From positions 49,290,001 to 49,354,000 of the forward strand of contig NC_042997.1 in assembly GCF_006345805.1 (NCBI RefSeq): a DNA stretch of 64,000 nucleotides. Reading direction: 5' to 3'. This DNA is from Octopus sinensis. Its lineage: Eukaryota. Shown here one piece after another: positions 50,280 to 63,023 of the stretch. How positions within the stretch are numbered: the stretch's first letter is position 1; each line of letters begins with the position of its first letter. The translations under genes were made by a program, and so were the position numbers. Under the pieces are notes generated by a model that was not told the DNA's origin, made no database searches, and saw only the letters and a list, made by a program, of their open reading frames with translations.

Positions 50280-53200
50280 ATTGATAAAATTATTTTCAGT
50301 CTGCTTTTCACTGATTGTCTTGAAATATGGATTTCAAATATTAACACAAAGCCAGCAACTCCGGATGAGGGGTAAGTCGAATGCATCAGCCCCAGTGCTC
50401 AACTGGTACTTATTTCATCGACCCCGAAAGGATGAAAAGCAAAGTCGACCTCGGCAGAATTTGAACTCAGAATGTAAAGACGGAAGAAATGCCGCTTGCC
50501 AGCTCACCGCCTTTATAGTCTTGAAATATTAACAGGATTCGATAAATTCTGAACATTTGTTGATGAAGTTAACAAAGATGAAAGTGAGATATGGTAAAAT
50601 CTGGAATCGAGGGAAAGTTGTGTTCATTTGTATTCGTAACAGTTCATCACTCAGCGGTGGAGAAGCTCAATTACTGTGAATAATGTAGACCCTAACGTAA
50701 CGGGTCTTGCCCTCCGCCCCACACTGAGAAAACAGATGAAAGTTGGTGTTATCGCTTTCATTATAATAAATCGTTTCCATTTACTCGCCTAAGACGCAAC
50801 CTGGCGAAATCATTAGCATATCAGACAAAAATGTTTAGCAGCATTTCTTTCGATTTTTTACGTTCCGAGTTCAAATCCCACCGCGGTTAACTTTGCTTTT
50901 CCTTCCTTTAGGGTTGATAAAATAAAGTACCAGTCGAGAACTGATGTCAATGTTAACTTCTTCCCTTCTCTTCAAAATTTCTAGCCTTGAACCCTGTAAA
51001 TGTTGTGATTTTGGTTACTTATATATCACGGAACCCGGGTAACCGGTCATAGGAGTACTAAAGCTTTAAAAAGATATATAAAAAAAGTAATGCACTTGCC
51101 AAATGCCTAAGCGACAATATCACTTATTTCTGTATTCTCAGACGAAGTCTAAGACTAGAAACGTTAGATTATACACGCCTTAGTACAATTTGAACCCACA
51201 CAGCTCTCTTATGAACACGTCTAAAAATAAATAAATAAGTAAATAGAAAAAGTCGTCCTTTGTATGATAAATGTTGAAAATTTCTTTGTCAAGGTGAAGT
51301 GTCTGTAATTGGGAATGCTTTTGGTTTGAGAGATAAATATCCAGTAGCGATGTCAGAAAACAGTGCAATGACAGATGTCATTGAATTTATTGACTTCACT
51401 TAAGACCATGTCCTGCTTGTAAATATCATAAATGAGGTGTAAAAATAGTGAGATTTTAATCTGGCATATTTAGTAGTGAATGCTCAGTGATTTGATATCC
51501 GATCTTAACTGAGGACATACCGTATTTCCCCCGCCTTTCTTATTTTTCTCTGCTGTGTATAGATAAATTTACTATGAAATGTATATGATATACCACATTG
51601 TGAATGAGTGTTGAGTAGATAAAGAAAACAGAACATAAGACTAGATACTTAACAGTATTTAGTTTCGAGTCACAACGTTTTGGGTTCAAATACTGTCAAG
51701 ATAGATTTCGTCTTTCATCACTAAGGGGTGCGTTAATTATAAAATCAGCGAGTTAATTCACTATGCCCAGCCAACACAAATGTTATACACACATACTTGT
51801 GTGTGTGTGCGTAAAAGTTAACTGTGAAATGTATACACTATTGTTGATGAGTGCCGCAGGCAAAGAAGCATGTACTTGGCAAGCCAAGATCCTGTTTCAA
51901 TCCATGGATGAAACCACTTCACCTCATTTACGCTGTTGATGCTCTCGGTAAAACAACAAGCGCTATAACTCGACCATTTACTCATTTAAATATATGCCGG
52001 GGTTGCCTTATACTAACAAATCAATATATTTGATACTGTTTATCAGGTTATAATTAACTTACTAGATTGTTTAGCTCTAACAGTGCACTACTCTTGCAGG
52101 ATGTACCTGAACGTCAAAGATGAGCCGCTTTATCAAGCTAAATTTCAAAACTCTCAAGTTAACTAATTACAAAAACATCTCTTCAGTGTATCCCACTTCC
52201 AGGGGCTACCTTTGACATAATGGGTTTTAGAATATTTTATATAGATCCCTATCTATAAAAACACGTGGCGTTGCTTCTCATTTCTAAGAAGGATAACAAT
52301 CCATGATTAACAGTGTTTAGTTACGAGTCACAAAGTTTTGGGTAGATTTCGTTTTTCATCACTATGGGATGGATTAATTATAAAATCAGCGATTCAGTTC
52401 CCTATGCCCAACCAATACAAATGTTATATATACGTGTGTGTGTGTGTGTGTGTAATTGTTTACTGTGAAATGTATGCAATATTGTTGATGAGTGCCGTAG
52501 GCAATACCGTCTTCATCTCTAATATCAGCATTAAATGCTGATGTAAACTGGCTTAAACAGCCATTATCTTTTCCTTCTCAGTGAGCACCTATGCGGTTTC
52601 TTGCGGAGCCATATCTAGCAGAAATCTTCTATCCTACACTAGGAACCGGTGGGCGCCCAGCCTTTAATATCACAAAAGCCGTCAAATGTTTCTTGCTCGA
52701 GAACTTCTGAACAAATTGTCTCATTATTCGCGTTCTCATCTCTTGAATCAGAAGTTTCCTCTCAAATCATGAAGTCTCCTTAACCTACTGCAAACAGTCG
52801 TTATACATATGCAACTCACGCTACTCTGTCATCACATTCATGAATCGAAGCCTCAAAAAAGGAACAAGATAATAGAGTACCATTTAAAAACAACAAGATA
52901 TAATTAATAGCAGCACCAGAGAATTAAAATCGAATCACTTCATCTTCTCTATTCTTGAACAATACAAAACTGAAAAAAAAAAACTTAACGTTAAAAATAC
53001 CATATCTTACAATCTCTGACGATGTTTCACGGTGACAATATATCTACATTATTGACATAACAGTATTTCGAAGGATAGGCTTTTTGTGTGGTGCCGGAAA
53101 TTATAATCTGAAAGCGAATAGCTTCTTGGGAGAAGAATTCAAGAAAACACAGTTTATATCAGAGGCAATGTTGCAAAAGTAACGAATGTAGGAGAACTCA

Positions 53201-55586
53201 CAGTCTGGGTCATCATCCCTGATATAGTCTTCACCGACCATATCTAGGATGATGACCCAGCTGCATTAGCTAAATTTGTGTCTACTTTTATCATAACTAA
53301 AAGATCAAATTGAGTGAGGCTATCTGAAATTATTAAGTATTTCGGTGGTGAAACAAGTGTGAGGACTTCTCAGCCGTTTGGCATGCCACTATATAAAAGC
53401 AGCCAAAAGGTGCCAGGTGGTGGTGTTAAACTGGGTGACGGAATATCTATCATTCAAGTAAGCCATGGTGGGAAATCGCAAACGGCCGGAAAATTACAGA
53501 AAGGCATCCAGCCTGTCGTGTTTATAGCTCCGCCAATCCAACACCCTAGGCTGGTACTTTCTTTTATCGGCTCTGAATGGATGAAAGGTAAAGCTGACCT
53601 CGGCAGGATTTAAAGTCAAAGCTCAGAGAGTCGGAACAAATCGCCTTTCTACTATAAACACAAGGCTGAAATTTAGAGGGAGGGGTCTTGTCGGTTACGT
53701 CCACCCCAGTGCTCAACTAGTATTTAGAATATAGGAACAAACAGCACGAAGCATTCTCTCCGACACCTCGAACCACTTTGCCAAATGGCCCCTTGACATC
53801 TGAAATACTTCAACAGGGTTTGAACAAGAAATATAAAAGGACATAACTAAATACCGTCAGCTATTTGGCATGATTAGGCTCCACTGGTTAGGTAGTCTTC
53901 TGAAAAAATGATTAATTGTAACAATTAATTTTTCCATAAATGTTAGAATGTATTTTTATTTTCTTGATATTTATCTATTTAGGAGAATGCGTATATGGCC
54001 AACAAGTTCACGTCACAACCACTTGGTTACGAGTTCGATTGCATTACGCGCCCTTTGAGCAAGCGTCTTCTAATATAGATTTGGTTCGACCAAAGTCTTG
54101 TTAGTGAAATTACGGAGATCGAATCTATGTGGAGGGCGTTAAACGAATCATTATAACTATAAAGCGAATGTCCAGCTTTATCAGGCACCATATCGGGTTG
54201 ATTCCAGCAGAAGACTGCAATAGCGATGTAGGTGTTCGTGGAATACTCTGACATGCAAACTATATTATTCAATGACTAGACAGTTCAGTTGATCGAACAG
54301 CTTGGATATTCATTCTGACAGTCACTGAGATCCATATGTGTGTATTTATATATATATGTGTGTGTGTGTATATGTATCTATGTCTATCTATGTGTGTGTG
54401 TGTGTATCTATGTCTATCTATGTGTGTGTGTGTGTATCTGTGTCTATCTATGTGTGTGAGTGTGATATAGAGAGAGCGCATAGCAATGTGTGTTTTGGCA
54501 TTTAGAACTGAAACTTCAGGTCAGATTACAAATGTGAGTCACAAATACCCCACTCTATATACTTGTATATAATTACCAAATATGACGTCATTGTACTTAT
54601 TATTTACCTAATGTAGCGACATCAAATTATTTTTTCTTTATAGTACAACATATAAAAAAACCAAACTACATTTCCATATTCATTCACTCCCCCACTCTCT
54701 CTCTCTCTCTCTCTCATTCCCTCTCTTTCCCTCTCACCATAGACACTCTCTCTCGATCTTTTTTCTGTTGAATTAGCAAGATTCTTTTATTTATTTTTAA
54801 AATAAAATCTGTCTTTTCGGTTTGCTAAATTTTGCAACAGAATCATACTATCAGAGCAAGCTACATACAATAAATATTCCTGTTATATTCCTCCTGTTAT
54901 ATAAACTAAATTCTTCGGTTCTTTTCTTTTTCTTTTTTCTTTTATAATCCATTTTTACGTTATGATGGAAAGAACTGGAAGCAGGGAATTATCGCGATGC
55001 ACTTCTATCATGAGAAGAAAACCAAAAGCTTTGAAGTGCTAAGAAAAGAAGTCTTTATAAGTGGTTTTCACCCCACCCCACCCCTGCTCCCACTCTTTCG
55101 CTACTTCATGGAAGTAGCGAAATCAGAAAAATTTACCCATCGACTTCTCTTGAACTTAAAAAAAAATACATGTTTAAAGAATTTAGAGAAAAATTTAGAA
55201 AATTATTGTTTAAACATTGCCATTTAATCTATCATAAGTTTATCTTCCGCTTGTTTCATTCTTTGAACTGCGACCATGCTGGGGTATACTGTCTTGAAGG
55301 GTTTTACTGAGCAAATTGACCGCATCAGTTATTTGAAGGCTAGTATTTATTCTATCTGTCACTTTTTGCCGAACTGCTAAGTTACGGGGTTGTTCACAAA
55401 CCAGTACCACTTCTCAAGTAGTGACGGTGAACAAACAAACACACACACACACATACATTCATGCATACGTACGTTTGTGTGTATGTCTGTACGTATGGCT
55501 GTCTGTCTGTCTGTATGTATGTATGTATGTATGTATGTATGTATGTGTGTGTGTGAGACCCGAATACTCTCGCCACTAGAGTATTC

Positions 55587-55885
55587 GGTGCTTACGATCG
55601 TAAGATCTTGAAATTGATTCCCGGCGGCACGTTGTGTCCTTGAGCAAGACACTTTATTTCTCGTTGCTCCAGTCTACTCAGCTGGCAAAAAAAGTTGAAA
55701 CTGTAATTCAAAGGGCCAGCTTTATCATACTCTGTGTCACGCTGAATCTCTCTGAGAACTACGTTTAAGGGTATGCGTGTCTATGGAGTTCTCAGCCACT
55801 TGCACGTTAATTTCACGAGCAAGCTTTTGTTCAGTTGATCCTATCAACTGAAATTTTCATCGTCGTAATCGACGGAGAGCCAGGT
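55587..55885 (+). mobile_element. SINE with body type D and tail type X
   Basis: gttgtgtccttgagcaagacac...ctccagtctactcagctggcaaaa (type D) followed by ctgtaattcaaagggccagc...gccacttgcacgttaatttcac (type X, as at 10215-10390). Confidence 0.75.
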
Positions 55886-56132
55886 CACCATTGCCAACTT
55901 GACTGATAGATGAAGATGGTCTTTGAGACATAAGTATATCTGCTTTCTAATCACTACAGTGCAGTGCTACTAACAGCAGTCGAATTAATAATCTTGTTAC
56001 CTGGTTGTCCGGGACTTTAAGCATTCAGCTGCTCCCGGGCTTTTTGTTGAGTGCGATCATTTCTGTTTCTTCCTTCTGTTTTTGTTACTGTTGTTACCAC
56101 TTCCGTCACTGATTGTGTTGTTGTCGTCGTCG

Positions 56133-56215
56133 TCTTCTTCTTCTTCTTCTTCTTCTTCTTCTTCTTCTTCTTCTTCTTCTTCTTCTTCTTCTTCTTCTTC
56201 TTCTTCTTCTTCTTC
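56133..56215. repeat. (TTC)n microsatellite
   Basis: Direct sequence. Confidence 0.97.
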
Positions 56216-56483
56216 CAATCAGGACTCACGCCATTAGCCACAAAAAAATAATCTCTAATTCGAGCCTACTCTAAGCTACTAAGAATGCGTGTGGCAACTT
56301 GAAGATCCACCCACCACACGCGATAGACTGGTGGTTGCACGGGCGCGAAAGCTACGTTGTTATCCTCATTCCGTAAAGTGTGGCTTTTAACGGGTGGAGA
56401 GCTGAACCATCCTGGGATTCGCAATCTAGACTAGGGTCTGAAAGTTTACCACACCATAGTGGGTTACACCATGGTTCCTCTAC

Positions 56484-56680
56484 TTTGTGGCAGAAGTAGG
56501 AAGAAAGAGTGAAAGTTGTGGTGAAAGAGTACAGCGGGTTTCACCCCACCCCTAGCGGATCATCGAGGAGCTTAGGTATTTTTGCTCAATAAACACTCAC
56601 AATGCCCGGTCTGGGAATTAAAACCGCGTTCTTACGACCGCGAGTCAGCTGCCCTAACCACTGGGCCATTGCACCTACAC
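56484..56680 (-). mobile_element. tRNA-derived SINE, body type C
   Basis: Reverse complement of the head and body at 10015-10205. Confidence 0.8.
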
Positions 56681-57384
56681 TGTGTTGTTATTGATGTTAT
56701 TACTAGATAGCTTGGAACCATTAGGGCCTGACATGGTAAATTTGCATTTGTCGACACTTCAAATATCTCTTTCATTGCTGCATAAGTTGTTGTTTAAACC
56801 CAGACTAATAATGATCAGACGCATTGGAGCGCGACAATCTCATTGAAAGGTGGGATAGTGTATGTCGACTTACATTATCTAAAGCTAGCGAACCGTAAAT
56901 CGATCCGGAAGTGAACATTTCTAATCAGTTGAATTCATTCATTCTGTAAGCCTTATTCTATTCTTCTTTCGTTAAGGTTATATTTATGGATCACTTCTAT
57001 TCTTTAAACTGTATTCCGATAAAAGTAAATTCCTTGAAAGTATTATGTGTCTCTACTCATTTCCAATTACTTTCACCAATTTCCAATGCTGTTCTTCCTC
57101 TTTTAAGATGCTCGTGCAGTGGTTCTTTAAGTTATTCACTTCATGTTGCACTTGAAATCAAAAAAGAAAAAAACTAAATGCTTTTCATATGGAAAGTTTT
57201 AAAAAAAAATTTCTGAGATAAAAATTTAGCGAAAAAATAATTTATAGAATATTGTTGTTTACCTTGTTTTGATGATCATACTTGTATTATAATAAAATTA
57301 TAAGCATGTTCATCAAGAAGGTCAAAAATATAAGTAGATTTCCTAAATCCTTAATTTATACTTTTTCAATCTATAGCACGTCTG

Positions 57385-58290
57385 GATTAGTTCGTCCGTC
57401 GTTGTCGACGATGACCAAGGACATCATACTGGAGAAGAAGACGGGGCATGGTGTGTCCGGCTGTGGTCAAATCAGTCCAATGCGTGCTCAGAAGGCTCTG
57501 TTGCAGGTTGGATACCAGTGGTTTGTTGGGGCTGAAAGCAAAGGAGTTGGCTCTGGACCTGCGTAGTTCGCATTTTCTTCGTGCCTATGCAATCCTGTTC
57601 TGTTTGTAGGAGGTGGCACGACTGTTGGTGCATTTGGGCGGCGTCTTGTATATGCGCTTCCCAAGTGTCTCCAAGTGGCTCAGAAACCTGGACGTTATCA
57701 AAGAAGCTTGAGAGGCGGTTGGATGGAACCTACACTCGCCTCCTTATGAGAGCTCAAAATCTCTCGTGGAAGCGTCATCCAACCAAAGTACAAATATATG
57801 GGAAACTACCACCTGTGTCATCTCTTGTGAAAGGTAGGAGAGTCCAGTTTGCTGGACATTGTTGTAGAGCTGAAAAAGAGGTAATTTCTACTCTTCTCCT
57901 CTGGAAGCCATCTACTCGCAATACCAGAGGGCGCACACTCTCCTACCCTGATGTAATCTCTAGGGATACAGGCATCCAGCAACAGGACCTCCGTAATGCC
58001 ATGACGGACCGTGAAGTCTGGCGTAGCATGGTAAATTCCATTGTCTCGACCACGTTCGAACAATGATGATGATGATCCCAAGTGTCGGAGTTGATCTCAG
58101 AGTCCTTCAGCGAAGCTTTCAGTCTGTCCTTGAAGCGCTTTCTGTCCACCTTGCGCGTGCTTGCCTTCCGCAGTTCGCTGTAAAATAGTCTCTTGGAGAG
58201 TTGCGTGTCAGGGATTCGAACTAGGGGACCTGTCCACCAGACTTGCGCTCTCCTCAGCAGTGTGTCAATGCTAGATAGTGTTTATAACAT
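57385..58290 (-). mobile_element. RTE (BovB-like) LINE 3' portion, interrupted at 57670-58075
   Basis: Minus strand: ...WWTGPLVRIPDTQLSKRLFYSEL...RKRFKDRLKASLKDSEINSDTW | ...PTCNRAF*ARIGLI. The two halves join across the TSD. Confidence 0.88.
57670..58075 (+). mobile_element. 5'-truncated RTE-clade LINE of a second family inserted into the first, with an 11-bp TSD
   Basis: GSETWTLSKKLERRLDGTYTRLLMRAQNLSW...QFAGHCCR...DREVWR and a (GAT)n tail. TCCCAAGTGTC occurs at 57659-57669 and 58076-58086. Confidence 0.92.
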
Positions 58291-59407
58291 ATCGGTGTGC
58301 TGCGGTGAACCAATTGAGAATCACAGCGGTTAATGTGTGATTTGCGGGCTATTTAGCTACTATATTTTTATAGCAGACATGAAGGAACCAAAGGGAACCT
58401 TTTGAGCACAGCGTAACAAGCCAACGAAAATTTTCAGCGTTTTGTATTTCATTGAATGGTGTCAATAGCCACGATTCTGTTTACTCAAATAGCCCTGTTT
58501 ACCTAGCAGTGGGTAACCATAAGGTAAACCTAGTCCCCTGTACTGTATGTGGATAACAGAGTTGAACGAATAAAAGTTACATTAACGTGTACAGTAGGCA
58601 ACATATTTACTCTTGAGTATGGTTTAAAAAGGGAGATAATCGACCAACTGGAGCTAACTTAACCGAAACAAAGCCTTCTGAGATGCCCTAATGGCGTAAA
58701 ATGATAGGAGAATCAACATAAGCGCACATACATATGCGCACGCGATATGGTAAGGGCTGGCTATGCATTGCCATACGAAAATACACTCAACTCTGGCTGG
58801 TTCAGTTCATGTTATAAATAAATAGGTACCGTAGTGAAGTACGTTTCACACCGTATGGGGGTGGAGACACATGTAACTGTTAACGGTGATTCGTAAAATT
58901 AAAGTACTGAATTCGATGCTGCTTTTGGGCAAATCTTGTGTCAATGATTGATTAGCGTGTGTATTACATTACAAGATCCGGCTATGTTACAGAGTATTAT
59001 GTTAACGATATTACTTTAGGGATCATTAGACAGGCTTATATTACAATGCAAAAAGCACCTTACCATGGTAAAGAACGTAGGTCAAGAAATTCTAGGAGTC
59101 AAAGTTAGTTAACCCGAGTGCAGGCATGGCCGTGTGGTTAAGCGGTTCGCTTCGCAATCACATGCTTTCGGTTTCGATTCATATGCGCATATCTAAAACA
59201 TGTGTCTTCTTTAATAACCTTGAGTAACTCCAAACCTTTTCAGTGAAACTAGATGATATAAGTCTGTAGGACTATACATATTCTTGATCGGTAGATTCAC
59301 TCCATTGCCCAGTTTTTATACATTTACCAAGTTCTTGGTATACATTTACCAAGTTCTTGGTATACATTTACCAAGTTCTATTAAATTTTTTTTAAAATTT
59401 AAGTTAC

Positions 59408-59643
59408 CTTCTCGAGTTATACCAACTCATAAGGGACGGCTTCCCGGTTTGATGCGGTATTTATTCCTCACCTGGACAGGACGCCGGTCCATCTCAGGAT
59501 TACTCATTTTTGCCAGATGAGTGGACTGGGGCAACTTGAAGTGAAGTGGTTTGCTCAAGAGCACAATGCGTCGCTCGGTCCAGGAATCGAAACACTCTTA
59601 CGATCAAGAGTCTAACACACTAACCCCTAAGCCACGCACCTCC
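59408..59643 (-). mobile_element. tRNA-derived SINE, body type D with tail type Y
   Basis: Homologous to 7896-8138. Confidence 0.75.
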
Positions 59644-59699
59644 CCAACAAAGTCCACTCGGCTGAAAACATTACCAGCAGGTTTCTGCTTCGATCTTGA

Positions 59700-60110
59700 T
59701 CTATTACTTCTTAGCAAAGTACTATTGAATTACGGACAAATCCAGATCAACATCACTCCCCGATAAACTTCGTAACAAAACAAGACAATGTAACGCATAG
59801 CAAATCCATGCCTTGCTCTTACCAGCAACACAAGACAAATACAGCTTGCCATCATCACACTCAACAACATCAACATATCTCGGACATATTTTGATATGCT
59901 TGAGGTACAGTTTGTTAGCGCAACATGCTTTCACTCAACAGTCTCTATGAGTACATGGAAAATCACCTCCAAAGAGACACATACTACGTGAGACAAAAGC
60001 AGAAAACACACATGTACTATGATAACCACAGCATCAATAGTCCCAGGACCCCCGAACATTGTGATGGAATGCACGCCACATAAAATAAAAGCGGAACAGC
60101 AACTATTTTG
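59700..60110 (+). mobile_element. Possible highly decayed Gypsy integrase C-terminal remnant
   Basis: Scattered motifs across frames (NYG.I.I.ITPR, QLAIITLNNI, RQKQK..YYDNHS) in the order expected for the end of a Gypsy integrase. The match is weak. Confidence 0.3.
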
Positions 60111-61519
60111 CTTTGACTAAGTCCACTTCGCCCGCTTCCGCAGTGATCACAACCAAAACCTGTAGACGTACAGAAATATACTAGACAGGAGTGAATACAA
60201 TATGTTCAGACTATCTCAGATTGCAACCCACACAACTCATTGCTGTATGTTTTTGGCGTACGGCGGGGTAGTATGGTCTTCTGGTAAGTTGAAATATTAT
60301 ATAACATAATGCAAACGTGTAGCTTTTTTGTGCATTTTGTTTGCAGAAAATAAAGAAATAACAGTAACAACAGTAATAACGTTTAATAAATATTGCTTAC
60401 GGCAAGTTATGGATGATTCTTTTATGACTTCATTGCTTTCAGGCTTAGCTTAATCTATTTTCGCACCCGACATCACAAAATGCATCTGAATAAACATTGC
60501 CGGACATTGCCAAGAAAATATTTTAATTTTTTAACCTCGTATATAGTACGCACTAGTGATTTTGACCTTTAAATTTTTGGGGGAAATGCGGATTATACTC
60601 GAGGATTTACGGTATACATGCATGCATTCATCCATCTTTTTTTTTCCAGATAAATTCAAAACTATTTTGCCCTTAATTATTATAAGTTTAAAAGCTTTAT
60701 ATTTATTTAGATTTATATATTATATAAATAAATTTTATAAACAAATATTTCTTTATGTCTAAATTTATTTTATTTTCTCATTTCATAAACTTTTATAATT
60801 TTCCCCAGTCTACCTTATTAACATTGCAAACTTCATGTGAGCTCATCTTGCGGATATCCAGATTAAGAATGCCAGATGTTGTGACTTCACCGTATTATAT
60901 TTTATTTCAGGGTTCTCTTCTTTATTTTCTTTTTTTATTTAGGAAAATTGGTTGTCTCAGCGGGGTGAGGTCATTCCTTAGAAGAGTATTAATCGAAACG
61001 TTTTAATCTGTTTTGCAAATGTTGTTTTTTGTCAGCGTAAAGGCTTTCTCTGCAATGAGATATTAGCATTGGCACCATGTCTGGGCGTCGTTTATTTCCT
61101 GTGCAATCTTAAACATAATACGGGCTCATCTTTCTCGTGAATGTTTATTTATTATTTTTTCCTCTCTCGCTACATTTGTAACCTATTCTTTTAAAATAAT
61201 CCAGTGTAACATTTCCTTTCGACAGAAGCGTAGTTTTTAACCAAAGAGAATGTTTATAAATTTTAAACTTCTTTTAGAAACTACATTTTCTATTTTGGCA
61301 GCGTTACATACATTCATACATACATTCATGTATATACATATGTTAATGTTTATTTTTATGTCAAGTTATATGTAAGAAACGGATCTTTTCAGTTTGGTTG
61401 CCAATTTTCGAAAATTCAAAGTTTATTGAAAATTTTTTAATTTGGTACATTAATGTAGTTTTCCAAGCTAAATTTCAGGAAGCATTTCACTTTTTCTACA
61501 AATTTTTTTTTTTAAGTTA

Positions 61520-61684
61520 TAGGCGTAGGAGTGGTTGTGTGGTAAGTAGCTTGCTTACCAACCACATAGTTCCGGGTTCAGTCCCACTGCGTGGCATTTT
61601 GGGCAAGTGTTTTCTACTATGGCCTCGGGCTGACCAAAGTCTTGTGAGTGGATTTGGTAGACAGAAACTGAAAGAAGCCCGTCG

Positions 61685-61725
<41 letters not shown>

Positions 61726-61954
61726 GTGTGTATAAGTTTGTGCGTCTATGTTTGTCCCCCCCCCCCAACATCGCTTGACAACCGATGCTGGTGTGTTTAC
61801 GTCCCCGTAACTTAGCGGTTCGGCTAAAGAGACCGAGAGAGTAAGTACTAGGCTTACAAAGAATAAGTCCTGGGGTCGATTTACTCGATCGACTAAATGC
61901 AGTGCTCCAGCATGGCCACAGTAAAATGACTGAAACAAGTAAAAGAGTAAAAGA
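61520..61954 (+). mobile_element. SINE family A inserted in a family-H DNA repeat
   Basis: Full-length copy. Its flanks join to match the uninterrupted sequence at about 36930-37130. Confidence 0.9.
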
Positions 61955-62444
61955 GGTTTAAATTTTAATAGTTTTCACCCAGTCAGAAAACAGGATTTGG
62001 AAGTTGTCATTTTGTGTGTGACGTGTTTTTATATGAAATTGTAAATAAATCAACTTCTGTTTTACGCACCGTCATAACATCAAACTCAAGGATTCCTCAA
62101 TAGTTTTTGGCACTGTACATGTTTATGCTAAACTTTTAGAAGAAGAGGGGTGACAGTGAGTTCGAAGTTTCAACTGTTGCCGCACAAGGCTAACAGACCA
62201 AAATTTCGAAGTCACTTTCATCATCTCTCCTGCAAAAATTCAATTTGTGTGTGTGTGTGTGAAAATTTGACAGTCTATTCTGTGGTTCGCTCTTGGCTGG
62301 GCTCTTCACGATTGTCGTAAACAGCCAAGCTAGGGCGAAACTGAGTCAACCATCAACCGTTGAATAGTTGATATATTTATCCACTCTACCTAACGTGTTT
62401 AGTTCAACATCAAATAATGTACGATGTTAAAAAAGCATTGACGT

Positions 62445-63000
62445 AACTCTTTACCAGTACCAGGCAGTGTCTCTCATGGCTGCTGATCTTAACCGATTGG
62501 AAGTGTTATCATGTACATTGTTTTGTCTTGGTATAAAAGATGGGCTACAGCAAATATTCTGCTCAATACCACAGATTTGCTTGTCACTTGTTTGACCTTA
62601 ACCAGTTGAGCATGTCCCTCAGTGGCTGACGATATGTGCATCTCTGATCACGAGCAGAAGTAGTGGGGGAGCATCATAGCCATGTGTTGAGAGGGATTCT
62701 TTGGGGTTTGAATAATTCACCTCTGGAAACATGGGTGTTTCGTTCAACGTCCTTAAACAACCCTTATTCAGGGACCTTTTGCGCGGGATGGGTTACTCGA
62801 TCTGAAGAAAATTCTAACTGGGCTCCACCTGCAAGGTCATGTGCTGTTTATCTTGATATGAGATCACCATGTCGCGCACATATGGTTGTGATGCATGTGC
62901 CTGGTGTGCCCTTATCAGACGGGTAGTCATGATGGGTATATTGGGCTTCGTATATTTTACCCCAGTGTCACTTTGATGGCATGCTCTGCTCGCTCGCTCA
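62445..63000 (+). mobile_element. Unclassified ~550-bp dispersed repeat (family E) ending in (AAT)n
   Basis: 62474-62529 matches 33848-33903 in reverse (54 of 56 nt). It ends gctcgctcgctc followed by (AAT)n. Confidence 0.6.
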
Positions 63001-63023
63001 ATAATAATAATAATAATAATAAT

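Noticed and set aside
56017-56251. Poly-Lys and poly-Phe ORFs
   Set aside because: These are (TTC)n microsatellite translations.
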